Below are positions 1-9,252 of a stretch of 32,000 nucleotides of DNA, piece by piece; the first letter of the stretch is position 1, and each line of letters opens with the position of its first letter. Both the position numbers and the translations under genes were made by a program. Source of the DNA: Mycoplasma sp. CAG:776 (GTDB lineage: Bacteria; Bacillota_I; Bacilli_A; RF39; UBA660); NCBI GenBank assembly GCA_000438195.1, contig FR903077.1:112814-144813 (forward strand), read 5' to 3'. A model generated the notes under the pieces. The model saw nothing but the letters and a program-made list of their open reading frames with translations, made no database searches and had not been told where the DNA came from.

Positions 1-1
1 G

Positions 2-1873
2 GGTGGAAAGAAAGTAAATGAACTATCCACAGGGGAATTAATAACAGCTTTAGAAAAAGGAGAAGTAACTGAAATAACAGTTATGCCTAAGAGTAGTGAA
101 TCCATTTACTATGTATCCGGAAAATTAGAGGGATACAAGGAGAATGAATCTTTTGAAGCAAAAGTAGTAGAAGCTGAAGTAGATAATGTTTTAAGTTTAA
201 CTGAAAAAAATGAAATTAAAAAATATGAAACAGAACCAGATCCTGGATCAAGTCCAATATTATATATTATTGTAAATATCTTACCATTACTTTTATTAAT
301 CATTGTTTCTTATATTTTATTCTCTAAATTAGCAAGTTCTAATAAAGGTTCAATGGATTTTGGCAAAAGTAGAGCAAAACTTAGTGATGATAAACACCAG
401 GCTAAATTTGCTGATGTAGCAGGATTAAAAGAAGAAAAAGAAGAAGTAAAAGAATTAATTGATTTCTTAAAAAATCCAAAGAAATTCCAAAAATTAGGTG
501 CTAGAATACCAAAAGGTGTTTTATTAGTAGGCCCTCCTGGAACAGGTAAAACTCTACTTGCTCGTGCTGTAGCAGGAGAAGCAAATGTACCATTCTTCTA
601 TATTAGTGGTTCTGACTTTGTAGAGTTATTTGTTGGTGTTGGAGCATCACGTGTTCGTGAAATGTTTAAGGATGCTAAAAGAAATGCACCATGTCTAATT
701 TTCATTGATGAAATTGATGCTGTTGGACGTCAAAGAGGAACTGGCTTAGGTGGTGGACATGATGAAAGAGAACAAACACTAAACCAATTATTAACAGAGA
801 TGGATGGCTTTGGTGAAAATGAAGGAATTATCATTATGGCTGCTACAAACCGTCCAGATGTATTAGACCCAGCTCTACTTCGTCCAGGACGTTTTGACCG
901 TCAAGTAACAGTAAGTTTACCAGATGCGAATGAAAGAGAAGCAATTTTAAAAGTTCATGCTAAAAATAAAATATTAGCAAGTGATGTAAATATTAAAAAT
1001 TTAAGTTTAAGAACACCAGGATTTAGTGGTGCAGACTTAGAAAACTTATTAAATGAAGCAGCGTTACTAGCTGTAAGAAGAAATAAAGAAGCAATTACCA
1101 TGGATGAAATTGATGAAGCAACAGATCGTGTATTAATGGGACCAGCCAAAGTAAGCCGTAAGATAACAGATAAAGAAAAACGCTTAGTTGCTATCCATGA
1201 ATCTGGACATGCAGTAATTGGTATTAAATTAGAAGATGCGAATGAAGTACATAAAATTACAATTATACCAAGAGGAGTAGCCGGTGGATATACAATGATG
1301 TTACCGAAAGAAGAAAAAATTGGTATCATGACTAAAAATGAATTAGTAGCTCAAATTACTGGTTTACTAGGTGGACGTGTAAGTGAAGAAATGTATCTTG
1401 GCGAAATCACAACTGGAGCTTCTGATGATTTTAGAAGAGCAACTAATATTGCTAGAGCGATGGTAACGGAATATGGTATGAGTGATTTAGGACCAGTAGA
1501 ATATGAAGAAAAATCAGAAGGCGTATTTTTAGGTCGTGATTATGGAAAAGCAAAAAATTTCTCAGATAAAGTAGCTCATGAAATTGATGAAGAAGTAAGA
1601 AAAATTATAAATGAATGTTATAAAAAAGCAGAAGAAATCTTAAAAGCAAATAAAGACTTAGTCATGTTATTAGCAGATGCTTTAATGGAAAATGAAACCT
1701 TAACGAAAGAACAAATTGACTCTTTAGTAACAACAGGAAAATTAACTTCAGAAAAATCAGAAGAAAAAGATAAAACAGTTACTGAATTAAGAGAAGAAGC
1801 AAAAGCAAAAGGAATTAAAGGCTATAGTAAAATGACTAAAGAAGAATTAGAAGAAGCACTAAAAGAAGAATAG
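2..1873 (+). CDS. ftsH: ATP-dependent zinc metalloprotease FtsH (5' end outside window)
   Basis: The frame is open from nt 2 ([13 protein letters not shown]...), so the ATG at 83 is internal. TM helix [22 protein letters not shown], Walker A GPPGTGKT, Walker B LIFIDEID, zinc site HESGHA. Lys/Glu-rich C-terminal tail. Confidence 0.95.
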   Translation, partial: GGKKVNELSTGELITALEKGEVTEITVMPKSSESIYYVSGKLEGYKENESFEAKVVEAEVDNVLSLTEKNEIKKYETEPDPGSSPILYIIVNILPLLLLIIVSYILFSKLASSNKGSMDFGKSRAKLSDDKHQAKFADVAGLKEEKEEVKELIDFLKNPKKFQKLGARIPKGVLLVGPPGTGKTLLARAVAGEANVPFFYISGSDFVELFVGVGASRVREMFKDAKRNAPCLIFIDEIDAVGRQRGTGLGGGHDEREQTLNQLLTEMDGFGENEGIIIMAATNRPDVLDPALLRPGRFDRQVTVSLPDANEREAILKVHAKNKILASDVNIKNLSLRTPGFSGADLENLLNEAALLAVRRNKEAITMDEIDEATDRVLMGPAKVSRKITDKEKRLVAIHESGHAVIGIKLEDANEVHKITIIPRGVAGGYTMMLPKEEKIGIMTKNELVAQITGLLGGRVSEEMYLGEITTGASDDFRRATNIARAMVTEYGMSDLGPVEYEEKSEGVFLGRDYGKAKNFSDKVAHEIDEEVRKIINECYKKAEEILKANKDLVMLLADALMENETLTKEQIDSLVTTGKLTSEKSEEKDKTVTELREEAKAKGIKGYSKMTKEELEEALKEE

Positions 1874-1890
1874 TGCTTTTTTAATCCATA

Positions 1891-1920
1891 AAAAAAGCAA
1901 CATATCTGTTGCTAATTTTT
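1891..1920. terminator. Shared hairpin terminator between convergent ftsH and the RHH gene
   Basis: AGCAACA-tatc-TGTTGCT stem-loop (1896-1913), flanked by an A-run upstream and a T-run downstream, so it can work on either strand. Confidence 0.55.
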
Positions 1921-2103
1921 AACTTTTTCCTTTTCTTTTGTTTCCATTTCATCTAATGCATATTCACATGCCTGAATAACAAATTTAGAGAAAGAAATAT
2001 CATAATCTTTCAATAATGCTTCAATTTTGTTCATTAGTGGAACGGGGAATCTTACACATTTATTCACGGATTCCTTTCTTTCTACATTCAAATTAAATGC
2101 CAT
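1912..2103 (-). CDS. Small ribbon-helix-helix (CopG/Arc-like) DNA-binding protein
   Basis: Likely start is the ATG at 2103 (MAFNLNVERK...), preceded by GAAAGAGG. The pattern '..VRFPVPLMNKIEALLKDYDISFSKFVIQACEYAL' fits a beta-strand plus two helices. The upstream part of the 82-aa ORF has no RBS. Confidence 0.55.
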   Translation of the reverse strand: MAFNLNVERKESVNKCVRFPVPLMNKIEALLKDYDISFSKFVIQACEYALDEMETKEKEKVKN

Positions 2104-2245
2104 ATTTTCCAACCTCTTTCTAAAATATATTGTATAGTAATTTAATAATGAATAATACATTCAAAAAAGTAATACAAAAAATAATGCGCAAAAGTTGGTT
2201 GTAAGGAAATATAAAATTTGTTAAAATAAATAGGGGAAGTGAATT

Positions 2246-2734
2246 ATGAATAGAGTAGATAAAATTAATTACTATTTAGACATGGCCGAAGTAGCATTAG
2301 AAAGAGCGACTTGCTTAAGAAAGAAATGGGGAGCTGTAATAGTAAAAAATGATGAAATTATCGCAACAGGATACAATGGAGCTCCAAGAGGAAGAAAGAA
2401 CTGTATTGATATAAATTATTGTAAAAGAGAGGCAATGAATATTCCAAGGGGAGAACGCTATGAAATGTGTAGGAGCGTACATGCTGAGGCAAATGCCATA
2501 ATTAGTGCTTCTAGAAAGGATTTATTAGATTCAACGCTTTATATGGTAGGAATAGAAACAACAAATGGCGAATATGTTAAACATGCAAGACCTTGTGCTA
2601 TGTGCAAAAGAATGATAATCAATGCAGGAATTAAAAATATAGTTGTTCGAAATACTAAAAATGAATATGAAATAATTGAAGTGAAAGAATTTATTGAAAG
2701 TGATGAAACGCTAGATACTATAATGGGATATTAA
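2246..2734 (+). CDS. comEB: dCMP deaminase (ComEB family cytidine/deoxycytidylate deaminase)
   Basis: Zinc motifs HAEANAI and PCAMCKRMIINAGI, 162 aa, RBS GGGGAAG 8 nt upstream. Confidence 0.85.
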   Translation: MNRVDKINYYLDMAEVALERATCLRKKWGAVIVKNDEIIATGYNGAPRGRKNCIDINYCKREAMNIPRGERYEMCRSVHAEANAIISASRKDLLDSTLYMVGIETTNGEYVKHARPCAMCKRMIINAGIKNIVVRNTKNEYEIIEVKEFIESDETLDTIMGY

Positions 2735-2747
2735 TATCCCATTTTTA
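2723..2747 (+). terminator. Rho-independent terminator after comEB
   Basis: ATGGGATAT/ATATCCCAT inverted repeat followed by TTTTT. Confidence 0.6.
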
Positions 2748-2828
2748 AATTCAAAAATAGAAAATATCTAGCAATTTTTAAAAAAACATGATAATATTAA
2801 ATAGTAAATAATAAGGACGGGGATAACC

Positions 2829-4451
2829 TTGAAAAAAAGATTTATTTTTGATGAAAATTATATTAAAAAATATGCAAAAAAAGATAGATTAAAATGGTTG
2901 ATCATAGGCTTATCTGCATTAGTTTTAATAGTGGTTATAATTATCGTTATTTTAGCTACCAGAAATGACACTGCAGATCCAGTAGATCCCGCCGTACCAT
3001 CATTTAAAATAAAAGATGAGTTAATAATAGAAGCAGGGTCTACATTACCAGATGTTACAGATTATTTTGATACTTTAGAAAATATTGATATTGATGAAAT
3101 AGAAATAATATATCCAGATGAATTTGAACTAAGCTATGATACTTCTTTGTGTAGTGAAAAAGAAATAGAAGAGTTATTTAGTGAAGAAAATCCAAATTAT
3201 GAGAATTATGAATGTATACAAAATTATTTAATTATACCAGCAACATATGGTATTACCATTAAGTTACAAGAGGAAGAATATACGGTAAATTTAATTGTAG
3301 AAGATAGTAAAGCCCCAGTATTAATTACCAAAAATGTAGAAATATATGAGGGAGATACTTATGAATTAAGTGATTTTGTTAATACATGCTTCGATACAAC
3401 AAGTGAATGTGATATCACATATTATACAGGTGATAAAGACGCTGAAGGAAACCCAATTGATTATTCTAATATTACCGCAGTGGGTGAACATACAATTAAA
3501 ATTATCGCAACTGATGATTATGGTAATATTACAGAACCAGTAGAAGCAAAATTAACAATATTAGAAGCTGAAGGTGAAATGTATACTGTTACTTTTGATT
3601 CAAATGGTGGAACTACTATTAGAAGTAAAAAAGTAAATGAAAACGATATTGTTATTAAACCAACCGAGCCAAAAAGAGAAGGATATAAATTCTTAGGTTG
3701 GTATTTAGGAGATGAAGAATTCGATTTCGATACTAAAATAACATCCAATATAACCCTAACAGCCAAATGGGAAAAAATAAATGAAGGCGGAGGAAGCCAA
3801 GGTGGCGGAACAGTTAATGTGACAAACGTTTCCTTAAATTATAAAAAAATCTATTTAAAAATAGGAGAAACAAAAACAGTAACAGCTAAAGTAAGTCCTT
3901 CTAATGCAACGAATAAAACAGTTACATGGAGTAGTTCTAATAATAATATAGCAACAGTATCAAATGGTAAGATTACCGGGAAAAGTGCTGGAACCGTAAC
4001 AATTACAGCAACGGCTGGAGGAAAATCAGCAAGTGTAGAAGTAGTAGTAAGTAACTCAAGTGGTGGTACAACATGTACCTATGGTGATACTACTTATAAT
4101 CCAAGTTATGTTTTATCTGTAAATTTAACCCAAAATAATTGCGCAGTCAATCCAAATTCTACACCAAATGAAACGTTATCAACTAGTGATTATTCTAGAT
4201 TAGTAAGGGATTTAAATGATATAGGCTTAAGAGTAACAGGTAATAATTTTGCACATAAAGTAGAACGACAAAAAATAAAAAATACTAGTGGTACTGGACT
4301 AGTAGGATATCAAATAACAATAACTGTAAGTATTGTAGATACTGATAATCCATATGCAGTTTTAACATCAAAATATATTTTAAAATCTGATGGCTCAAGA
4401 CAATTTTTGCAAAATAACATATGTAAAAATGGAATATGCCTAAATAATTAA
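2829..4451 (+). CDS. Membrane-anchored surface protein with a Listeria-Bacteroides (Flg_new) repeat and a Big_2 Ig-like domain
   Basis: TTG start after AAGGACGGGGA. N-terminal TM LIIGLSALVLIVVIIIVILA. 'YTVTFDSNGGT...REGYKFLGWY...ITLTAKW' is the Flg_new repeat signature. 'VTNVSL...IGETKTVTAKVSPSNATNKTVTWSSSNNNIATVS..GKITGKSAGTVTITAT' is a Big_2 signature. Cys-containing C-terminal domain. Confidence 0.8.
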   Translation: MKKRFIFDENYIKKYAKKDRLKWLIIGLSALVLIVVIIIVILATRNDTADPVDPAVPSFKIKDELIIEAGSTLPDVTDYFDTLENIDIDEIEIIYPDEFELSYDTSLCSEKEIEELFSEENPNYENYECIQNYLIIPATYGITIKLQEEEYTVNLIVEDSKAPVLITKNVEIYEGDTYELSDFVNTCFDTTSECDITYYTGDKDAEGNPIDYSNITAVGEHTIKIIATDDYGNITEPVEAKLTILEAEGEMYTVTFDSNGGTTIRSKKVNENDIVIKPTEPKREGYKFLGWYLGDEEFDFDTKITSNITLTAKWEKINEGGGSQGGGTVNVTNVSLNYKKIYLKIGETKTVTAKVSPSNATNKTVTWSSSNNNIATVSNGKITGKSAGTVTITATAGGKSASVEVVVSNSSGGTTCTYGDTTYNPSYVLSVNLTQNNCAVNPNSTPNETLSTSDYSRLVRDLNDIGLRVTGNNFAHKVERQKIKNTSGTGLVGYQITITVSIVDTDNPYAVLTSKYILKSDGSRQFLQNNICKNGICLNN

Positions 4452-4556
4452 TAAGAAGAGTGGAGCCCATTCTTCTTTTAGTATGATTAAAAAATACCAT
4501 TGAAAAATTCTCAATAATATGGTATAAATAATAACAGAATAGAGGAGAAAGAAAAG

Positions 4557-5784
4557 ATGAAAAGAAAAATCTTAATCCTCTCAACAGCACTATTAATAGT
4601 AGTTGGGGGGGGGGGTATCTTAAATTAAAAGATACTAACAAAGAAGGAGAATTAGTAAGTGCTGAAACTTTAAAAGAAAAAAGTTTAGTAGGTATTTATA
4701 TTGAAGAAGATAATAATTATACAAAGGTAGATCAAATACCAGATACAGGATATACCATTAATGAGGAAAAAAGCTATTGTAAGATAGGTGATGAACTACA
4801 AGATATGACCATCACTTATGATATGAATACAAAAACGCTAAGTATTGCTCCAATGACAATGAAAGGAACAAAATGCTATTTATATTTTGATGAAGAACCA
4901 ACATTAAAAGATACCATATTAGCAAATAGTAAAGTAAATGAAGGAACACCAAATTTTGCAAATGTAGCAACAAAAGGCGAAGGAATATACAAGACCCAAG
5001 ATGATTGGGGAGATAGTTACTACTTTAGAGGAGATGTAAAAAATAATTGGTTAAAGTTTGCAGGTTACTATTGGCGAATAATCCGGATCAATGGAGATGG
5101 AAGTATCCGAGTAATCTATAATGGAAAAAGTACTGCAATGGACGGAAATGATACCGTAATAAGTAGCTCACAAGTTTTTAATTCTAATAAAAATCAAAGC
5201 GAATATGTAGATATATGTACACCGAAGGAGAGCAACATGGAAATATAACGAATAGTTCAATCAAAGGAGTATTAGATAGTTGGTATAGTAGTAATCTAGC
5301 AAGTTATGCGGATAAGATAAGTACCGAAGCTGGATTTTGTGGAGATAGAAATTTAGAAAGCGGATCATGGAGTAGTACAGGGTCAAAACTTTATGCCGCA
5401 TACGGAAGATTAGCAGATAATAAAGCACCAACATTAAAATGTAGTAATAGTAGTGATTTATATACAACCTCATCAAGTAGTAAAGGGAATAAAAAACTAA
5501 CCAATCCAATCGGACTAATCACAGCTGATGAGGTTAGTATGGCCGGAGGAGTATTTGGAAGCAATAATAATAGTTACTACCTATATAATAAGGAAGATTA
5601 TTGGACCATGTCTCCATCTAACTTTCGCAGTAATCTTGCTCTCGTGTTCTATGTGCGTTCATATGGTGACCTCAACGGTACGAACGTGAATAATCCAATT
5701 GGTATCCGCCCAGTTATCAATATAGCAAGTAATGTAGCAATAAAATCCGGAAATGGCACATCTTCCGAACCGTATGAAATTTAA
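4557..5784 (+). pseudogene. Disrupted / phase-OFF secreted protein with a C-terminal lectin-like (DUF1566/CLec-style) module
   Basis: ATG 4557 with RBS GAGGAGAAAG encodes the signal-anchor MKRKILILSTALLIVVGGGG, then stops at 4626 because of the 11-G run. One extra G joins it to the 4805..5248 frame. A second one-base shift near 5191-5215 separates that frame from 5215..5784 (…YWTMSPS…ALVFYV…GIRPVINI). Confidence 0.75.
4605..4615 (+). repeat. Homopolymeric G(11) tract inside the signal-peptide coding region
   Basis: Counted directly: gtt-GGGGGGGGGGG-tatc. This is the only long G/C homopolymer I saw in this AT-rich window. Confidence 0.95.
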
Positions 5785-5798
5785 TTTTTTTCAAAATA

Positions 5799-5848
5799 AA
5801 AACAGACATATATTTGAGCATCTTGCTCACTTACGCTTGTCTGTTTAT
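5799..5848. terminator. Bidirectional terminator between the lectin-like gene and typA
   Basis: Outer stem AAACAGACA/TGTCTGTTT with nested TGAGCA-tctt-TGCTCA. T-runs on both flanks. Confidence 0.6.
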
Positions 5849-5855
5849 ATATAAA

Positions 5856-7661
5856 TTATCTATTTCCTCTAAAACGATCTTTTGGATCTAATATTTTCTT
5901 ACGTAAACGAATATCTGTTGGCGTAACTTCTACTAATTCATCATCTTCAATAAATTCTAAAGCTTCTTCAAGAGTAAACTTTTTAGGTCTAGTTAAATTA
6001 ATAGCCTCATCACTACCACTAGCTCTTGTGTTAGTTAAATTTTTATTTTTACAAGGATTAACATCTAAATCATTATCTCTATTATGAATACCAATAATCA
6101 TACCAACATAAACTTCTGTTGCTGGTTCAATGATTAAAGTACCTCGGTCTTCTAAATTCCATAAAGAATAACCTAAAGCTTTTCCATTTTCCATTGAAAC
6201 TAAAACGCCATTTTTTCTTCTAGCAATAGCACCCACATAAGGTTTATATTCTGAAAAACTTCTAACCATAACACCCTCACCTTTAGTATTGGTAATAAAA
6301 GCACTACGATAACCAATCAATCCTCTAGTAGGAGCTGAAAATTCTAAATGAACATAATTATTTTCTTCGTTATTAGTAATAACTTCTAAAGTAGCTTTTC
6401 TTTCTTGTAAATCATTAATAATTGTACCTGAATAATCATTTGGGACATTGATAATAACTTTCTCAAATGGCTCATATTTCTTTCCATCTCTTTCTTCTAA
6501 TAATACTTCTGGTTTAGAAACAGAAAGCTCATAACCTTCTCTTCGCATGTTTTCAAGTAGTATAGATAAATGGAGCTCACCACGACCACTAACTTTAAAA
6601 CCATCTGCACCCTCTAACTCTTCAACAACTAAACCAACATTAGTCTGGAGTTCTTTTTCTAATCTTTCTCTAATATGTCTAGAAGTTAAAAATTTACCAC
6701 TTCTACCAGCAAAAGGAGAAGAATTAACTAAGAAATTCATAGACAAAGTTGGTTTTTCTATATGAATAGGAGGTAATGGATCAATAACTCCTTTTTCACA
6801 AATAGTATCGCCAATTGAAATATCACTACAACCAGCAATAGTAACAATATCACCAAAATAAGCAACATCTTTTTCTACTCTTCTAATACCTTCGTTAACA
6901 AATAATTTACTAATACGAAAACATTCTTCTTTTCCATCATTTTTAATTAAGGTAACAGTCTCGCCATTTTTAATTTTACCTTTATTAATACGACCAACCC
7001 CAAGTCTTCCGATATAATCATCATAATCTAGATTAGAAATTTGAAGTTGTAAAGGATCATTTTCATTTCCTTTAAAAGGTTCTACTTGTTTTAAGATAGT
7101 TTCCAATAAAGGCTCTATATTATTACTTTCACTATCTAAAGAAAGTTTAGCAATACCCTCTTTAGCAATCCCATAAACGATTGGAAAATCAAGCTGTTCA
7201 TCTGTAGCATTAAGTTCCATAAAAAGATTAAATGTCATATCAACAACTTCTAAAGGTCTTGCATCTTTTTTATCAATTTTATTAATAAATAAAATTGGTT
7301 TTAAGTTTTGTTCTAAAGCTTTACTTAAAACAAATCTTGTTTGAGGCATAGGGCCTTCTGCTGAATCGACAAGTAAAATAACCGTATCAACTGTTTTAAT
7401 AACTCTTTCTACTTCTGATGAGAAATCAGCATGACCAGGAGTATCCACAATATTTATTTTAATATCTTTATAACGAATAGCACAATTCTTAGAATAAATA
7501 GTGATACCTCTTTCTTTTTCAAGATCATTAGAATCCATTACTCTTTCTTCTACTACCTCATGACTATTAAAAACACCATTTTGTTCTAGTAAAGCATCTA
7601 CTAAAGTACTTTTACCAGCATCAACATGGGCAACCACAGCAATATTTATGATTTTTTCCAT
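5856..7661 (-). CDS. typA: Translational GTPase TypA/BipA
   Basis: G1 AHVDAGKST, G3 DTPGH, G4 NKID. EF-G-like domains with the BipA-specific C-terminal domain. 601 aa. RBS AAGGAGCG. Confidence 0.95.
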   Translation of the reverse strand: MEKIINIAVVAHVDAGKSTLVDALLEQNGVFNSHEVVEERVMDSNDLEKERGITIYSKNCAIRYKDIKINIVDTPGHADFSSEVERVIKTVDTVILLVDSAEGPMPQTRFVLSKALEQNLKPILFINKIDKKDARPLEVVDMTFNLFMELNATDEQLDFPIVYGIAKEGIAKLSLDSESNNIEPLLETILKQVEPFKGNENDPLQLQISNLDYDDYIGRLGVGRINKGKIKNGETVTLIKNDGKEECFRISKLFVNEGIRRVEKDVAYFGDIVTIAGCSDISIGDTICEKGVIDPLPPIHIEKPTLSMNFLVNSSPFAGRSGKFLTSRHIRERLEKELQTNVGLVVEELEGADGFKVSGRGELHLSILLENMRREGYELSVSKPEVLLEERDGKKYEPFEKVIINVPNDYSGTIINDLQERKATLEVITNNEENNYVHLEFSAPTRGLIGYRSAFITNTKGEGVMVRSFSEYKPYVGAIARRKNGVLVSMENGKALGYSLWNLEDRGTLIIEPATEVYVGMIIGIHNRDNDLDVNPCKNKNLTNTRASGSDEAINLTRPKKFTLEEALEFIEDDELVEVTPTDIRLRKKILDPKDRFRGNR

Positions 7662-7729
7662 AAAAATCGCTCCTTTCTTCTACAAAACTAGTATAGTGTA
7701 CCACAAACTTATCATTTTAACAAGTCCCA

Positions 7730-9043
7730 CTATTTTAGTTCTCTAGTTAAATGCATATCTTGTTCCCTAAAAATAATATCATCAATGAAAGAGGAAGCCA
7801 TAAGATAATCCTCTTTTTTATAAAAATTACTATTTAAAATTCTCTTTTTTACTTCTTCTTTTTGTTCTTCATTGATACTTAAATCTAAAAAAGAGCGGAT
7901 AAAAAGAGCACAAGTAACCATATGAGAGCAATCCCTATCAGTAATAAAAGCATCTTTAAAGTTAAATTCTTCTATACAATCTATAACGGTTAAATATAGA
8001 GAAGTAAAAGTACCATCAGTAAACCATTTTTTTTCTAATTTTGGAAAATCTAATCCATCTAAAGTTTTAGCTTTTAAAAAATATTCTTCTATACTAGGAT
8101 TAGTAGCAATTAATAAATATTTTTGCTGTAGGAGATCTTTTTTCCAACCATTTTCTTCTAATTTATGTAGGTATTGATTTAAATACACAATATAATAGCG
8201 AATAAAGAAGTCAATTTCATTAAAAAGATAAGTTTTATCAGGGATTAAATTATCCAAAATAGAATTCTGTTCATCTTCTTCCATATCATTTTCTGGTATA
8301 TCTTTCTTATTATAATTAGAAAAAGAAATATCATCTTCTTCCATAGAAGTAATGATACGTTGATAATTTAGGCTTGATAGTTGTTTTTTATGTTTTGAAA
8401 ATAAAATAATATACCAGTCTGAATTACAAAAATCACAATCATCGTCTACTAAGTACATCTCATTAAAATAAGATAAAATAACTTCAATTTTAATTAAATC
8501 ATCATCTTGCAACATCGCATAATAATCTTCGTGTTGCTTAACCAGAGATTGAACTAAAGAAACTAAAATAGGATTTATAATTCCCGTTTTAGCTTCTTGA
8601 TAAGCTAAAAATAGATAATTCTGCATAATAGTAAAACAATTACTAAATAGATTAGTATATTTATCATAACAAGGCTTTATATTCAAATCTCTATAAATAC
8701 ATATATTATGTAGGGTATTTGATATAAAACCATCATAAGTTAAATCTTCATCTTCCAATGCTAAAAGAACTAAGTCTTCTAATAAATCTAAATATTCCTC
8801 ATCAGAAAAACAAATTCGGTTATCTTGAATAGTAAAATTATTTTCACTCATTTCCTCAAATTTATCAAATTCTTGATTAAAGTCATATTCTAAAATTACA
8901 TTTAATTGATTTCCTATAAGTTCTTCTAAGGTATAAAAAGCTTTTTCTAAATTGTCTAACTCTAACTCTTCTCCATCAGATGTTTTGTAATATAATTTAA
9001 TTAGTTCTAAAAGCATAATTTCACTGTGAATCATCAAAAACAC
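7730..9043 (-). CDS. Hypothetical acidic cytoplasmic protein (no recognisable family)
   Basis: Long uninterrupted ORF with genome-typical codon usage. Rich in D/E/L/Y/F, with no TM segment or signal peptide. The start is ambiguous (GTG 9043, ATG 9034 or ATG 9016) and none has a strong SD. Confidence 0.55.
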   Translation of the reverse strand: MFLMIHSEIMLLELIKLYYKTSDGEELELDNLEKAFYTLEELIGNQLNVILEYDFNQEFDKFEEMSENNFTIQDNRICFSDEEYLDLLEDLVLLALEDEDLTYDGFISNTLHNICIYRDLNIKPCYDKYTNLFSNCFTIMQNYLFLAYQEAKTGIINPILVSLVQSLVKQHEDYYAMLQDDDLIKIEVILSYFNEMYLVDDDCDFCNSDWYIILFSKHKKQLSSLNYQRIITSMEEDDISFSNYNKKDIPENDMEEDEQNSILDNLIPDKTYLFNEIDFFIRYYIVYLNQYLHKLEENGWKKDLLQQKYLLIATNPSIEEYFLKAKTLDGLDFPKLEKKWFTDGTFTSLYLTVIDCIEEFNFKDAFITDRDCSHMVTCALFIRSFLDLSINEEQKEEVKKRILNSNFYKKEDYLMASSFIDDIIFREQDMHLTRELK

Positions 9044-9090
9044 TCATTTCTATAAAAAACTATTATAAAGAAAAAAACGAAGAAAAGCAA

Positions 9091-9115
9091 TAAAAAAGTC
9101 TGGCAAAAGCCAGAC
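9091..9115 (-). terminator. Rho-independent terminator on the minus strand, upstream of the 7730..9043 gene
   Basis: The minus strand reads GTCTGGC-TTTT-GCCAGAC-TTTTTTA (7-bp GC-rich stem, 4-nt loop, U-tract). Confidence 0.75.
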
Positions 9116-9252
9116 CAAAATAATGCAATAGTTCCAAATACTTGACTAGAAACGTCATTATTAAATGTTTAGTATAAAACAAGGAATTAAACTGTTAAGA
9201 GTGGTGAGGAGACTTCTTATTAAGTGTGTGAATATCTAATCCCTACTATAAA

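Noticed and set aside
109-1329. Antisense ORFs inside ftsH (109..303, 955..1329); likewise 3518..3766, 5261..5509, 6547..6765, 10122..10466, 10692..10961, 10995..11240, 17024..17308, 17955..18167, 20059..20286, 24411..24788, 25087..25275, 28285..28491, 28514..28723 and 29077..29277
   Set aside because: Each lies wholly within a longer, confidently identified gene on the other strand or in another frame. They lack RBSs and have skewed composition typical of shadow frames in AT-rich DNA.
4285-4641. 118-aa minus-strand ORF spanning the end of the Big_2 protein gene, the intergenic region and the poly-G tract
   Set aside because: It overlaps a real gene end, a terminator and the start of the plus-strand gene. 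It has no RBS, and its translation (poly-Pro from the C-run) is an artefact of the homopolymer.
4990-5600. Internal repeat 'atagttactac' (about 5014 and about 5571) and 'gtatccg' (about 5104 and 5703) within the lectin-like gene as a possible TR/VR pair
   Set aside because: Only 7-11 nt are identical and the flanks diverge at non-A positions. This reflects protein-level motif recurrence (SYYF/SYYL, IRV/IRP), not a TR copy.
9128-9166. Hydrophobic peptide ORF (MTFLVKYLELLHYFGLAFARLF…) on the minus strand that runs on through the terminator hairpin; considered as a type I toxin
   Set aside because: There is no Shine-Dalgarno before the ATG, the terminator stem lies inside the ORF, and no antisense partner is evident. 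It is more simply the 3' part of a non-coding transcript.
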